DNA of 64,000 nucleotides from Vicinamibacterales bacterium (GTDB lineage Bacteria > Acidobacteriota > Vicinamibacteria > Vicinamibacterales > UBA2999). Under the pieces are notes generated by a model that was not told where the DNA came from, did no database searches, and saw nothing but the letters and a program-made list of their open reading frames with translations. Location of the stretch: assembly GCA_050250955.1 (NCBI GenBank), contig JBFWNR010000002.1, forward strand, positions 537,634-601,633. Reading direction: 5' to 3'. Shown here piece after piece: positions 9,561 to 20,134 of this stretch (positions are counted from its first letter, which is position 1; every line of letters starts with the position of its first letter). Made by a program: the position numbers and the translations under genes.

Positions 9561-10824
9561 CCACCGCTCCCAGTACCAGGGCGCTGTTCTTCGAGCCGAA
9601 GCCGAGGCAGTTGCACAGCGCCGCCGCCGGCCGCGCCGCCCGGCCCGCGCCGGGCAGGAAGTCGAGATCGCAGGCCGGGTCGGGATCGGCCAGGTTGATG
9701 GTCGGCGGCAGGAAGCCACGGTCGAGCGCCAGGGCGGTCGCGACCACGCCGGCGGCGCCGCTGGCCCCCTGCGGGTGGCCGATCATCGACTTGGTCGACG
9801 ACCCGGGCAGCCGATCCGCGTGCGGCCCGAAGGCCCGCCGCGTGCACCGCGCCTCGACGGCGTCGTTCAGCACCGTCGAGGTGCCGTGGTAGTTGACATA
9901 GCCGATGTCCTCGAGCGGCCGCCCGGCCTTGGCGACCGCGCCCTGCATGCAGCGGACGATCTCCCGGCCATCGGGATCCATCTGCACCCGGTGGTAGGCG
10001 TCGCAGGTCGAGGCGTAGCCGTCGATCGTCGCATACACGTGGGCGCCGCGGGCCCGCGCCCGATCCTCGCGCTCGACCACCACCATCCAGGCGCCTTCGC
10101 CGAGCACGAACCCGTCGCGGCCGCGGTCGAACGGCCGCGACGCCTCGGCCGGCCGGTCGTTGTAGCGCGTCGACACGGCCCGCATGCGCGAGAAGCCGAA
10201 GATCATCCCGGGCAGCACGCAGCCGTCGGTGCCGCCCGAGAGCAGCACCTCGGCGTCGCCGGCACGAACCAGGGCGGCGGCGTAACCGATGGCGTCGGTC
10301 GACGACGTGCAGCCGGTGGACAACACGTGGCTCACCCCGCGCAGTCCGAGCGAGATCGACACCTCGCTCGACACCATGCCGCAGATGCCGACGGCGATCG
10401 CATAGGGCGTCACCTGGCGGCCGCCGTTGGTGAAGAAGTCGTGGTACTGCCGCTCGCCGACGTCGATGCCGCCGCCGCCGCTGCCGATGACCACCCCGGC
10501 GCCCGGCTCGGCGATACCCAGCCCGGCATCGCGCCAGGCTTCGCGCCCGGCGACGACGCCGAACAGCGCCGCCCGCGAATAGCGCCGGGGGTCGGCCCGC
10601 GACGCCCACTCGCCGTCGTCCTCGCCGGCCACGCGCACCGCCGCGGAGATGTCGACCGGCGGCACGTCGGCGGCGACCCGGCAGGCGTAGCCCGAGGCGT
10701 CGAACGCGGTGATCGCGCGGGTGCCGCTGACCCCGCGCGCCACGTGATCCCAGAACACGTCGCGGCCGACGCCGTAGGTGGAGACGACGCCGATGCCGGA
10801 GATGACGATGCGAGGTGCAGACAC
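9556..10824 (-). CDS. Beta-ketoacyl synthase, KAS I/II (FabF/FabB-like) condensing enzyme
   Basis: 422 aa, GTG start at 10824. Active-site Cys in LSTGCTSSTDAIGYAA. The two catalytic His are in NYHGTSTVLND and SSTKSMIGHPQGASG. No ACP gene is adjacent. Confidence 0.9.
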   Translation of the reverse strand: MSAPRIVISGIGVVSTYGVGRDVFWDHVARGVSGTRAITAFDASGYACRVAADVPPVDISAAVRVAGEDDGEWASRADPRRYSRAALFGVVAGREAWRDAGLGIAEPGAGVVIGSGGGGIDVGERQYHDFFTNGGRQVTPYAIAVGICGMVSSEVSISLGLRGVSHVLSTGCTSSTDAIGYAAALVRAGDAEVLLSGGTDGCVLPGMIFGFSRMRAVSTRYNDRPAEASRPFDRGRDGFVLGEGAWMVVVEREDRARARGAHVYATIDGYASTCDAYHRVQMDPDGREIVRCMQGAVAKAGRPLEDIGYVNYHGTSTVLNDAVEARCTRRAFGPHADRLPGSSTKSMIGHPQGASGAAGVVATALALDRGFLPPTINLADPDPACDLDFLPGAGRAARPAAALCNCLGFGSKNSALVLGAVA

Positions 10825-10872
10825 GCGGGACCCGAATCCGGGGGCGACGACGACCGCCGGCGCTGGCGTCCC

Positions 10873-10878
10873 TATAAT
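10873..10878 (+). promoter_or_regulatory. Perfect -10 hexamer TATAAT in the divergent KAS / methyltransferase intergenic region
   Basis: ccTATAATac at 10871-10880 within otherwise GC-rich DNA. The reverse complement reads TATTAT, a one-mismatch -10 for the minus-strand KAS operon. No convincing -35 on either side. Confidence 0.35.
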
Positions 10879-10898
10879 ACGTGCCTCGCCGCCCTGCC

Positions 10899-11612
10899 AT
10901 GCCCCGCTCCGATCGCCCGCGTGCCGGCCTCGCCATGGCCTGGCTCGGCGGCGTCGCGTTCGCGACCTCGCTGGCCGTCTACGTGCACTTCTTCGCGGTG
11001 CGACTGGCGACGCCCGGACCGCCGACCTGGCCGCGACCGGTGGCGCTGGCGTGGAACGCGGCCCTCTTCGTGCTCTTCGCCGCCCATCACAGCGCGATGG
11101 CCCGGCCCGCCGCCAAGGCGTGGGTCGGCCGCCACCTCCCCGCCGCCTTCGAGCGCACCACCTACGTGTGGGTGGCGGCGACCTTGCTGGTGCTGGTGAC
11201 GGTGCTGTGGCGGCGCGTGCCGGGTGTGGTCTACGTCGTTCCGGGTGCCGGCGCCGTCGCGCTGCACCTCCTGCAGTCCGCCGGCGTCGTGCTGACCCTC
11301 GCCGCGGCTCGCGTGCTGAGCGCGACCGACCTGGCCGGGATCCGCCAGGCGCAGCGCCGTCCTGCGGTCGCCGACGTCCGGGTCGTGTGGCCGTACACGC
11401 TGGTCCGGCACCCCATCTACCTGGGCTGGGCGCTCACCGTGCTGGCGGCGCCGACCATGACCCTCGACCGCCTGTGGTGGGCGCTGCTCAGCACCGGCTA
11501 CCTGGTCATCGCCACGCCTTGGGAGGAGCGTAGCCTTTCCGCTGTCGCGGGGCCGGCGTACCGGGCGTATTGCCGCCGGGTGCGCTGGCGGATGGTTCCG
11601 GGCCTGTACTGA
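10899..11612 (+). CDS. PEMT/ICMT-like membrane methyltransferase family protein
   Basis: The track ORF starts at GTG 10881, only 2 nt after the TATAAT, so ATG 10899 (or ATG 10935, MAWLGGVAF...) is more plausible. Has 4-5 TM helices and the C-terminal signature YTLVRHPIYLGWAL...PWEERSLSAVAGPAYRAYCRRVRWRMVPGLY. Confidence 0.75.
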   Translation: MPRSDRPRAGLAMAWLGGVAFATSLAVYVHFFAVRLATPGPPTWPRPVALAWNAALFVLFAAHHSAMARPAAKAWVGRHLPAAFERTTYVWVAATLLVLVTVLWRRVPGVVYVVPGAGAVALHLLQSAGVVLTLAAARVLSATDLAGIRQAQRRPAVADVRVVWPYTLVRHPIYLGWALTVLAAPTMTLDRLWWALLSTGYLVIATPWEERSLSAVAGPAYRAYCRRVRWRMVPGLY

Positions 11613-11955
11613 CCCCGGGCCCCGCGCCCCGCGTCCCGAGCCCCGGCTCTTCGTCGTCGTCGCGCGGCAGGCCGACGAGCTCGTCGACGAAGACCAGCGA
11701 GTGCATCGACGGGATCTCGAACCGCTTGCCGCACGTCTTGCAGGTGAGCTCGTCGTCGACGCGGATGAGGTGGTCGCGCAGCTTGGCGAACTTGGCCTTG
11801 TCGGCGGCGTCGGCGTTGGCCGGCGGCCGGTCCTTTCTGGTGCGGCGCACCCAGCGCAGCTGGTAGTCGTTCACGCGGCGGCAGCGGGGGCAGGTGTAGC
11901 GGCCGCTGCGCGGTTCGGGACGCTCGGTGAAGAAGGCGCGCTCGTCGAGGGCCAT
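11506..11955 (-). CDS. Small zinc-ribbon protein (two CxxC pairs), hypothetical
   Basis: 149 aa, ATG at 11955. Contains CPRC...CKTC. The conserved-looking part ends near DELVGLPRDDDEE and the remaining tail is low-complexity. That tail overlaps the convergent methyltransferase 3' end by 107 nt, so the real stop or extent is uncertain. Confidence 0.5.
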   Translation of the reverse strand: MALDERAFFTERPEPRSGRYTCPRCRRVNDYQLRWVRRTRKDRPPANADAADKAKFAKLRDHLIRVDDELTCKTCGKRFEIPSMHSLVFVDELVGLPRDDDEEPGLGTRGAGPGVSTGPEPSASAPGGNTPGTPAPRQRKGYAPPKAWR

Positions 11956-12026
11956 GCGGCGATCTTAGCAGTCCGCGGCCGCCGTCGTTGCGTATGATCA
12001 CTCCAGGCGCCGCGCGCCGACGACTC

Positions 12027-14389
<2,363 letters not shown>

Positions 14390-14393
<4 letters not shown>

Positions 14394-15505
14394 CCCGTCC
14401 GGTCGTCTATTACATCTCCGGCCACGGCTTCGGACACGCCTCGCGGTCGATCGAGGTGGTCAACGCGCTCGTCGCCGAGCGGCCCGACGTGCCGGTGCAC
14501 ATCCGCACCGCGGCGCCGCGCTGGCTGTTCGACCTGACGGTGCGCGGCCCCTTCACCCGCCACGACCTGGACACCGATCCCGGCGTCGTGCAGCGCGACA
14601 GCCTCAGCCTCGATGCCGCTGAGACCGTCAGGCGGGCCGACGCCTACGTGGCGACCCTGGCGGCGCGCGCCGCCGACGAAGCCGCCGCGCTACGCGCCCT
14701 CGACGCCGCCGTCGTCGTCGCCGACATCCCGGCGCTCGGCCTCGAGGCCGCCCGGCTCGCCGGGGTGCCGGCCATCGCCATCGGCAACTTCACCTGGGAC
14801 TGGATCTACCGCGCCTACGAGGGCGGCGCCGCGGCCGCCGACGGCATCGCCGCCGCCTACGCCCGGGCCGGACGGGCGCTGCGCCTGCCGCTGTCGGGCG
14901 GTTTTGCCACTTTCGCGGACGTCGTCGACCTGCCCTTCGTGGCTCGCCACGCCCGGCACGCCCCGGCCGACACCCGGCGTCGACTCGGCCTGCCCGGCGG
15001 ACGCCTGGCCCTGGTGTCGTTCGGCGGCTACGGCGTGGCCGGCATCGATCTCGACCGGCTGAGCCGCACCCGCGACTGGACGCTCCTGGTCAGCGCCAGC
15101 GTGCCGTTCGGCCCCGACCAGGTGCCCCTGGCGCATGCCGACACAAGCGGCGCGCTCTTTCCCCTGGACGAGCCGGCGATGTACGCGCAGGGCCTGCGCT
15201 ACGAGGACGTGGTCGCCGCCGTCGACGTCGTCGTCACCAAACCGGGCTACGGGATCATCAGCGAGTGCCTGGCCAACGACACGGCGCTGCTCTACACCGA
15301 CCGCGGCCACTTCATCGAATACGACGTGCTGGTTCGCGAGATGCCGACCCACGTGCGCTGCGCCTACATGCCGCAGGCCGAGCTGCTGCACGGCGACTGG
15401 CAGGCCGCCCTCGACCGTCTGTGCGACGCCCCGCCGGCGCCGGCACCGCTCGGCACCGACGGCGCCGCCCGCGCCGCCGAACGGATTCTCGCCGAGCTCG
15501 GCTGA
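14390..15505 (+). CDS. GT-B fold glycosyltransferase family protein (GT1/GT28-like)
   Basis: The real part of track ORF 13841..15505. GTG 14390 overlaps the lon stop (GTGA). N-terminus VTRPVVYYISGHGFGHASRSIEVVNAL carries the G-H-G-x-G-H motif seen in GT-B enzymes. C-terminal VVTKPGYGIISE is a nucleotide-sugar binding region. Confidence 0.6.
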
Positions 15506-15537
15506 GGCCGGCCCTGCCCGCCGGGTATACTCCGGTC

Positions 15538-16821
15538 ATGCTGTCCCGACGCTCGCTGCTCACGACCGGCGCGTTCGCCGCCGGTGCCGTCGGCCTGCCC
15601 CGCGCCGTCACCGACACGGCGGCGCAGGCGGCCCTGCCGCCGTCGATCGCGGCCTTGACGCCGATGCGCGACGGCGTCGCGCCGATCTCCCGCGACGAGC
15701 GGCGCGGCCGCGTCGACAAGGCGCGGCGGCTCATGACCGAGCACAAGATCGACGCCCTGATGCTCACCGGCGGCACCTCGCTCGTCTACTTCAGCGGCAT
15801 CCAGTGGGGACTCAGCGAGCGGCTGTTCACGCTGGTGATCCCACGCACCGGCGAGCCGTTCGTCGTCTGCCCCGCCTTCGAAGAGGACCGCGCCCGCGAG
15901 CAGTTCGCGACCAGCCCGTTCACCGGCACCGCCGACGTGCGCACCTGGGAAGAGCACGAGAACCCGTACGCCCGCGTCGCGCAGGGCCTGAAGGAGCGCG
16001 GCGTGGCCGGCGGCCGGCTCGGCATCGAGGAGACGGTGCGCCACGTCTTCGTGGACGGCGTCGCCCAGGCGGCACCGGCGCTGACGCCGGTCAGCGGCAC
16101 GCCGGTGACGGCCGGGTGCCGGATGGTGAAGGACGCCCACGAGCTGGCGCTGATGAAGCACGCCTCGGCGGTGACGCTGAAGGCCTACGAGGCGGCGTGG
16201 CGGGCGCTGAAACCGGGCATGACCCAGCGCGACTTCCAGGGCCTCATCGCCGCCGCGCATAACGCCCTCGGCTATCCGGGCTACGCCAGCGCGCAGACCG
16301 CCGAGTACTCGGCGCTGCCCCACGGCTCGATCACCGCGCAGGTGATCAAGGAGGGCGACATCGTTCTCATCGACGGCGGCTGCACGGTGGAGGGCTACGT
16401 CTCCGACATCAGCCGTACGTTCGTGCTCGGCAAGGCCACCGACAAGATGAAGCAGGTGTTCGACCTCGAGCTCGCGGCGCAGACCGCGGCGCTGAGAGCC
16501 GCGCGACCCGGCGTGCCCTGCGAGGCGGTGGACGCCGCCGCCCGCAAGGTCATCGAGGACGGCGGCTACGGGCCCGGCTACAAGTTCTTCACCCACCGCG
16601 TCGGCCACGGCATGGGCATGGACGGCCACGAGTGGCCGTACCTGGTGAAGGGCAACGCCCTGCCGCTGGCGCCGGGGATGACCTTCAGCGACGAGCCGGG
16701 CATCTACATCCGCGGCGAGTTCGGCGTCCGCCTCGAGGACGACATGTACATCACCGCGGACGGCGCGGCGCTGATGACGCCGCAGAGCCGCTCGCTCGAG
16801 ACGCCCTTCGCGACTTCGTAG
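15538..16821 (+). CDS. M24 family Xaa-Pro aminopeptidase/dipeptidase with Tat signal
   Basis: In-frame ATG at 15538. MLSRRSLLTTGAFAAGAVG is a twin-arginine signal. Creatinase-like N domain followed by a pita-bread domain: LIDGGCTVEGYVSDISRTF, HRVGHGMGMDGHE, SDEPGIYI, GVRLEDD. Confidence 0.85.
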   Translation: MLSRRSLLTTGAFAAGAVGLPRAVTDTAAQAALPPSIAALTPMRDGVAPISRDERRGRVDKARRLMTEHKIDALMLTGGTSLVYFSGIQWGLSERLFTLVIPRTGEPFVVCPAFEEDRAREQFATSPFTGTADVRTWEEHENPYARVAQGLKERGVAGGRLGIEETVRHVFVDGVAQAAPALTPVSGTPVTAGCRMVKDAHELALMKHASAVTLKAYEAAWRALKPGMTQRDFQGLIAAAHNALGYPGYASAQTAEYSALPHGSITAQVIKEGDIVLIDGGCTVEGYVSDISRTFVLGKATDKMKQVFDLELAAQTAALRAARPGVPCEAVDAAARKVIEDGGYGPGYKFFTHRVGHGMGMDGHEWPYLVKGNALPLAPGMTFSDEPGIYIRGEFGVRLEDDMYITADGAALMTPQSRSLETPFATS

Positions 16822-16837
16822 GGGCGGCCGCACCCCG

Positions 16838-16864
16838 CCGCTAGCCCCTAGCCGCTAGCCCCTA
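16838..16864. repeat. CTAG heptad repeat (GCTAGCC/CCTAGCC x4) between convergent genes
   Basis: Plus strand: ccGCTAGCC CCTAGCC GCTAGCC CCTAttc, with period 7. Minus strand: TAGGGGC TAGCGGC TAGGGGC TAGCGGC, whose first TAG is the stop codon of the 16862..17560 gene. The upstream TAGGGGC (16819-16825, stop of the M24 gene) is complementary to GCCCCTA units. Confidence 0.9.
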
Positions 16865-17560
16865 TTCGTGATCCTTGACGCAGGTGACCAGCGTCCACAT
16901 CGGCGGCACGTTCACCTTCTGGATCGAGATCGGGGTCAGATCGGCCTGGTGCAGGAACCCGTGCAGGTCGAGGTCGCTCTTGAAGCCGATGTGCACGGTC
17001 ATCGGCGAGATCGCCGTCTCGATGCGTGACAGCAGCGCGTTGTCGCTCTTGAAGTGGTTCAGGATGACGATGCGGCCGCCGGGCTTGCAGACCCGGCGCA
17101 TCTCCCTGGCGACGGCGACCGGATCGGGCACGACGCTGATGAGATACGGCGCGTAGACGATGTCGAACGCGTCGTCCTCGAAGGTCAGGGCGGCGGCGTC
17201 CATCTCGAAGACGCGGCAGTTGTTGAGGCCCTTCTTGGCGATCCGCTCCTGGGCCTTTTCGAGCATGCCCGTGGACAGGTCGATGCCGGTGATCTGGCAC
17301 GAGCGGGGATACAGGCCCAGGTTGATGCCGGTCCCGACCCCGACCTCCAGTACCGAGCTGCCGGGGCCGATGGCCATCCGGTCGATGGCCTGCAGGCGGC
17401 CGGGGTGCAGGGTGGGTCCGAACGTCAGGTCGTAGACGCCGGCCAGCTTCTCGTAGACCCGCTCGACGAACGCGTTCTCGACGGCGGTCGACGACAGGGC
17501 CCGGGTGGCGGCATCGCCACCGAAGAGCTTCTCTGTCGGACGTTCGCTGAACAAGGCCAT
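16862..17560 (-). CDS. Class I SAM-dependent methyltransferase, PmtA-like (phospholipid N-methyltransferase type)
   Basis: 232 aa, ATG at 17560 with a GGGAGGG Shine-Dalgarno upstream. VYDLTFGPTLHPGR...VLEVGVGTGINL...FDIVYAPYLISVVPD...GGRIVILNHF resembles the Rhodobacter/Sinorhizobium-type PmtA from memory. GC looks slightly lower than the flanks. Confidence 0.75.
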   Translation of the reverse strand: MALFSERPTEKLFGGDAATRALSSTAVENAFVERVYEKLAGVYDLTFGPTLHPGRLQAIDRMAIGPGSSVLEVGVGTGINLGLYPRSCQITGIDLSTGMLEKAQERIAKKGLNNCRVFEMDAAALTFEDDAFDIVYAPYLISVVPDPVAVAREMRRVCKPGGRIVILNHFKSDNALLSRIETAISPMTVHIGFKSDLDLHGFLHQADLTPISIQKVNVPPMWTLVTCVKDHE

Positions 17561-17621
17561 TCGGGACCCTCCCGGGCGTTGGGCACTATAACAGAACCGT
17601 CACACGGACGAGGTATGCCGT

Positions 17622-19463
17622 TCATGGACGGAGCACCGCCAAGGCGCGTTCCGTGTCGCCGTGGGGCGCAAAGACGATCGCGCCGGCCGTCAGCCCGTGC
17701 AGGGCCTCGAGCAGTTCCCGGGCGATGCGGACGCCCTCGTCGGCCGCCGCGGCACCGCTGGCGGCCCGCATCCGCGCCACCAGCGCCTCTGGCACGACCA
17801 CGTCGGGCACCTCGTTGGCCATGAACTCGGCGTTCAGGGCCGAATCGAAGATCCACAGTCCGGCCAGGATCGGCACCCGACGGTGCGCGGTGCGCTCCAG
17901 GAACCGTTCGAAGGCGGCGAGGTCGAAAACCGGCCGGGTCACGGCGAACTCGGCGCCGGCCTCCAGCTTGTACTCGAAGCGCCGCAGTTCGCGGTCGAGG
18001 TCGGCGGCGGCCGGATTGACCATCACGCCCGACAGCAGCGCCGTCGGCGCGCCGATCGGCTGGCCGGCGACGTCGAGCCCGTGGTTGAGCCGGCGCATCA
18101 CGTGCATCAGGCCGATGGAGTCGACGTCGAACACCGCCGTGGCATCGGGATAGTCGCCGATGCGACGGACGTCGCCGGTGATGCCGAGGACGTTGCGCAC
18201 CCCCATCGCCTGGGCGCCGAGCAGGTCCGACTGGATGCCCAGCAGGTTGCGATCGCGGCAGGAATACTGCAGCAGCGGCTCGATGCCGGCGTGCTGATGG
18301 ATGAGCGCGGCGAGCGCCGCCGCGCCGACGCGCGCCCCGCCCCGGGCGGTGTCCGACACCAGCACGACGTCGAGCCCGTGGCCGGCCAGGGTCCGCGCCG
18401 TGGCCAGCGCATCGGCGGTGTCGTGGCCACGCGGCGGCACGATCTCCACGCCGCGCACGAACCGGCCGGCGCCGAGCGCGGCGCCGAGCCGCGACTTGTC
18501 GGCCGGTGGCAGCGGCGGCCGGGCGTGCGGCGTCTCGACGGTGGTCGCCACCGGGGCGGCCGTGGCCGCCTTGACGTCCGGGGCCAGCTGCTTGACGGCC
18601 AGCGCGATCTGGCGGATGTGCTCGGGCGTCGTGCCGCAGCAGCCGCCGACCAGGCGCACGCCGTTGGCGATGAAGCGCCGCGCATAGGAGGCCATGTACT
18701 CCGGCGAGCACAGGTAGATGTTGCGGCCCTCGATATCGCGCGGCTTGCCGGCGTTGGGCTGCGCCGACAGCGGTCCGTCGACGGCCGCCGACAGCCGCTC
18801 GATGGTCTCGAGCATCGGCGCCGGGCCGACGCTGCAGTTGACGCCGACCACGTCGGCGCCGCGGGCGACCAGCGCCGGGCCGAACTGCTCGGGGGGCGTG
18901 CCATCGAGGCTGTTGCCGTCCTCCTCGGTGGTCACCTGGGCGACGATCGGCAGCCCACAGACCGAGCGCACCGCCTCGATCGCCGCGGCCGCCTCGTGCC
19001 AGTCGCGGAAGGTCTCGAGCACGAACAGGTCGACGCCGCCCTCGACCAGCGCCGCCGCCTGCTCGCGGAAGAACTCGCGGGCCTCGTCCACCCCGGTCTT
19101 GCCCCACGGTTCGATCCGCACGCCGAGCGGACCGATCGCCCCGGCGACGTAGGCATCCTCGCCGGCCGCCTGCCGGGCCAGCCGGGCCCCGGCCAGGTTG
19201 ATGGCGTGCACCTGGTCGCCGAGCCCGAAGGCGCGCAGCTTCATGCGCGAGGCCCCGAAGGTGTTGGTCTCCAGCACGTCGGCGCCGGCGGCCAGGTAGC
19301 CGCGGTGGACGTCGCTCACCAGGTCCGGCTGCGACAGGTTGAGCGACTCGAAGCAACGGTTGATGAAGATGCCCTTGCCGTACAGCATCGTCCCCATGGC
19401 GCCGTCGCAGACCAGGACGCGCGAACGCAGGGCATCGAGAAAGGGCGGACGAGCCATCGGCAA
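17622..19463 (-). CDS. Bifunctional homocysteine S-methyltransferase / 5,10-methylenetetrahydrofolate reductase (YitJ-type fusion)
   Basis: 613 aa. The N-terminal Hcy-binding domain has VLVCDGAMGTMLY, ETNTFGA and GGCCGTTPEHI. The C-terminal MetF-like domain has VEIVPPRGHD...YSCRDRNLLGIQSDLLGA...NVLGITGD. Confidence 0.9.
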   Translation of the reverse strand: MPMARPPFLDALRSRVLVCDGAMGTMLYGKGIFINRCFESLNLSQPDLVSDVHRGYLAAGADVLETNTFGASRMKLRAFGLGDQVHAINLAGARLARQAAGEDAYVAGAIGPLGVRIEPWGKTGVDEAREFFREQAAALVEGGVDLFVLETFRDWHEAAAAIEAVRSVCGLPIVAQVTTEEDGNSLDGTPPEQFGPALVARGADVVGVNCSVGPAPMLETIERLSAAVDGPLSAQPNAGKPRDIEGRNIYLCSPEYMASYARRFIANGVRLVGGCCGTTPEHIRQIALAVKQLAPDVKAATAAPVATTVETPHARPPLPPADKSRLGAALGAGRFVRGVEIVPPRGHDTADALATARTLAGHGLDVVLVSDTARGGARVGAAALAALIHQHAGIEPLLQYSCRDRNLLGIQSDLLGAQAMGVRNVLGITGDVRRIGDYPDATAVFDVDSIGLMHVMRRLNHGLDVAGQPIGAPTALLSGVMVNPAAADLDRELRRFEYKLEAGAEFAVTRPVFDLAAFERFLERTAHRRVPILAGLWIFDSALNAEFMANEVPDVVVPEALVARMRAASGAAAADEGVRIARELLEALHGLTAGAIVFAPHGDTERALAVLRP

Positions 19464-19515
19464 AGCGCCCGGGGTCGGCCGGCGCGTCGGGCGCCGGCGC
19501 GGCGGGATGGGCGAC

Positions 19516-19962
19516 CTAACGGCCGGCCGGAGGCGTCGTCACGCCGGCAGGGGCCGGGACGAGCAGTTCGGTCTTGTCCCAGACGAAGTCGTCCTTGCTG
19601 TAGACAGCCAGCTCGTAGTCCTTGCCCATAAAGATCGCCGAGACCGGGCAGGCCTCCTCGCAGTAGCCGCAGAAGATGCAGCGCGTCTTGTGAATCTGGT
19701 AGACCGAGGCGTAGCGGGGACCGGCCAGCACCGAGCCGTCGTTTTCAGCCGCCTCGAGATAGATGGCATCGGCCGGACAGGCCACCGAGCACAGCCCGCA
19801 GGCGACGCACTTCTCGAGGCCGTTCTCGTCGCGCATCAGCACCTGTTTCCCGCGGTATCTGGGGAACATCGGGAACTTCTGGTTGGGGTAGTCCACCGTG
19901 ATGGGCCGGCGGAACAAGTGCTTGAAGGTCAACGAAAAGCCGTCGATCAGCGGACGAATCAT
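19516..19962 (-). CDS. nuoI: NADH-quinone oxidoreductase subunit I (2x[4Fe-4S] ferredoxin-type)
   Basis: The real part of track ORF 19516..20367, with ATG at 19962-19960. Sequence: MIRPLIDGFSLTFKHLFRRPITVDYPNQKFPMFPRYRGKQVL...CVACGLCSVACP...CIFCGYCEEACP. No other nuo genes are adjacent. Confidence 0.85.
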   Translation of the reverse strand: MIRPLIDGFSLTFKHLFRRPITVDYPNQKFPMFPRYRGKQVLMRDENGLEKCVACGLCSVACPADAIYLEAAENDGSVLAGPRYASVYQIHKTRCIFCGYCEEACPVSAIFMGKDYELAVYSKDDFVWDKTELLVPAPAGVTTPPAGR

Positions 19963-20134
19963 GCAGCTCCCCCGGCCGTCCCGTGGAGGGCCGGCCAACG
20001 GGCAATTGTAGCACCCGGTCGCCGGCGCGCCGGCCCCGGGAGCCGCGCCGGGGCATCGTTTACCATAGGGGACGTGACGGGCCGGTAAACCTGCGCTGGC
20101 CGGCACGCGTAACAGGATCGAGGAGAAGGCACCC

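Noticed and set aside
8372-10936. 854-aa ORF suggesting one giant protein
   Set aside because: Its upstream part is an alternative frame running across the KAS gene (Arg/Gly-rich junk). The FAD-oxidoreductase begins at the internal GTG 9560, which overlaps the stop of the KAS gene encoded in a different frame.
11614-11645. Run of C4/G4 tracts (potential G-quadruplex on the minus strand) in the convergent overlap after the methyltransferase stop
   Set aside because: The spacing is irregular and there is no exact repeat unit. G-runs like this are expected often in DNA this GC-rich, unlike the exact heptad arrays reported as findings.
11965-11973. TTAGCAGTC upstream of lon, resembling the left half of a CIRCE heat-shock operator (TTAGCACTC)
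   Set aside because: The expected right arm (GAGTGCTAA after 9 nt) is absent. The sequence there is CGTCGTTGC, so there is no inverted repeat.
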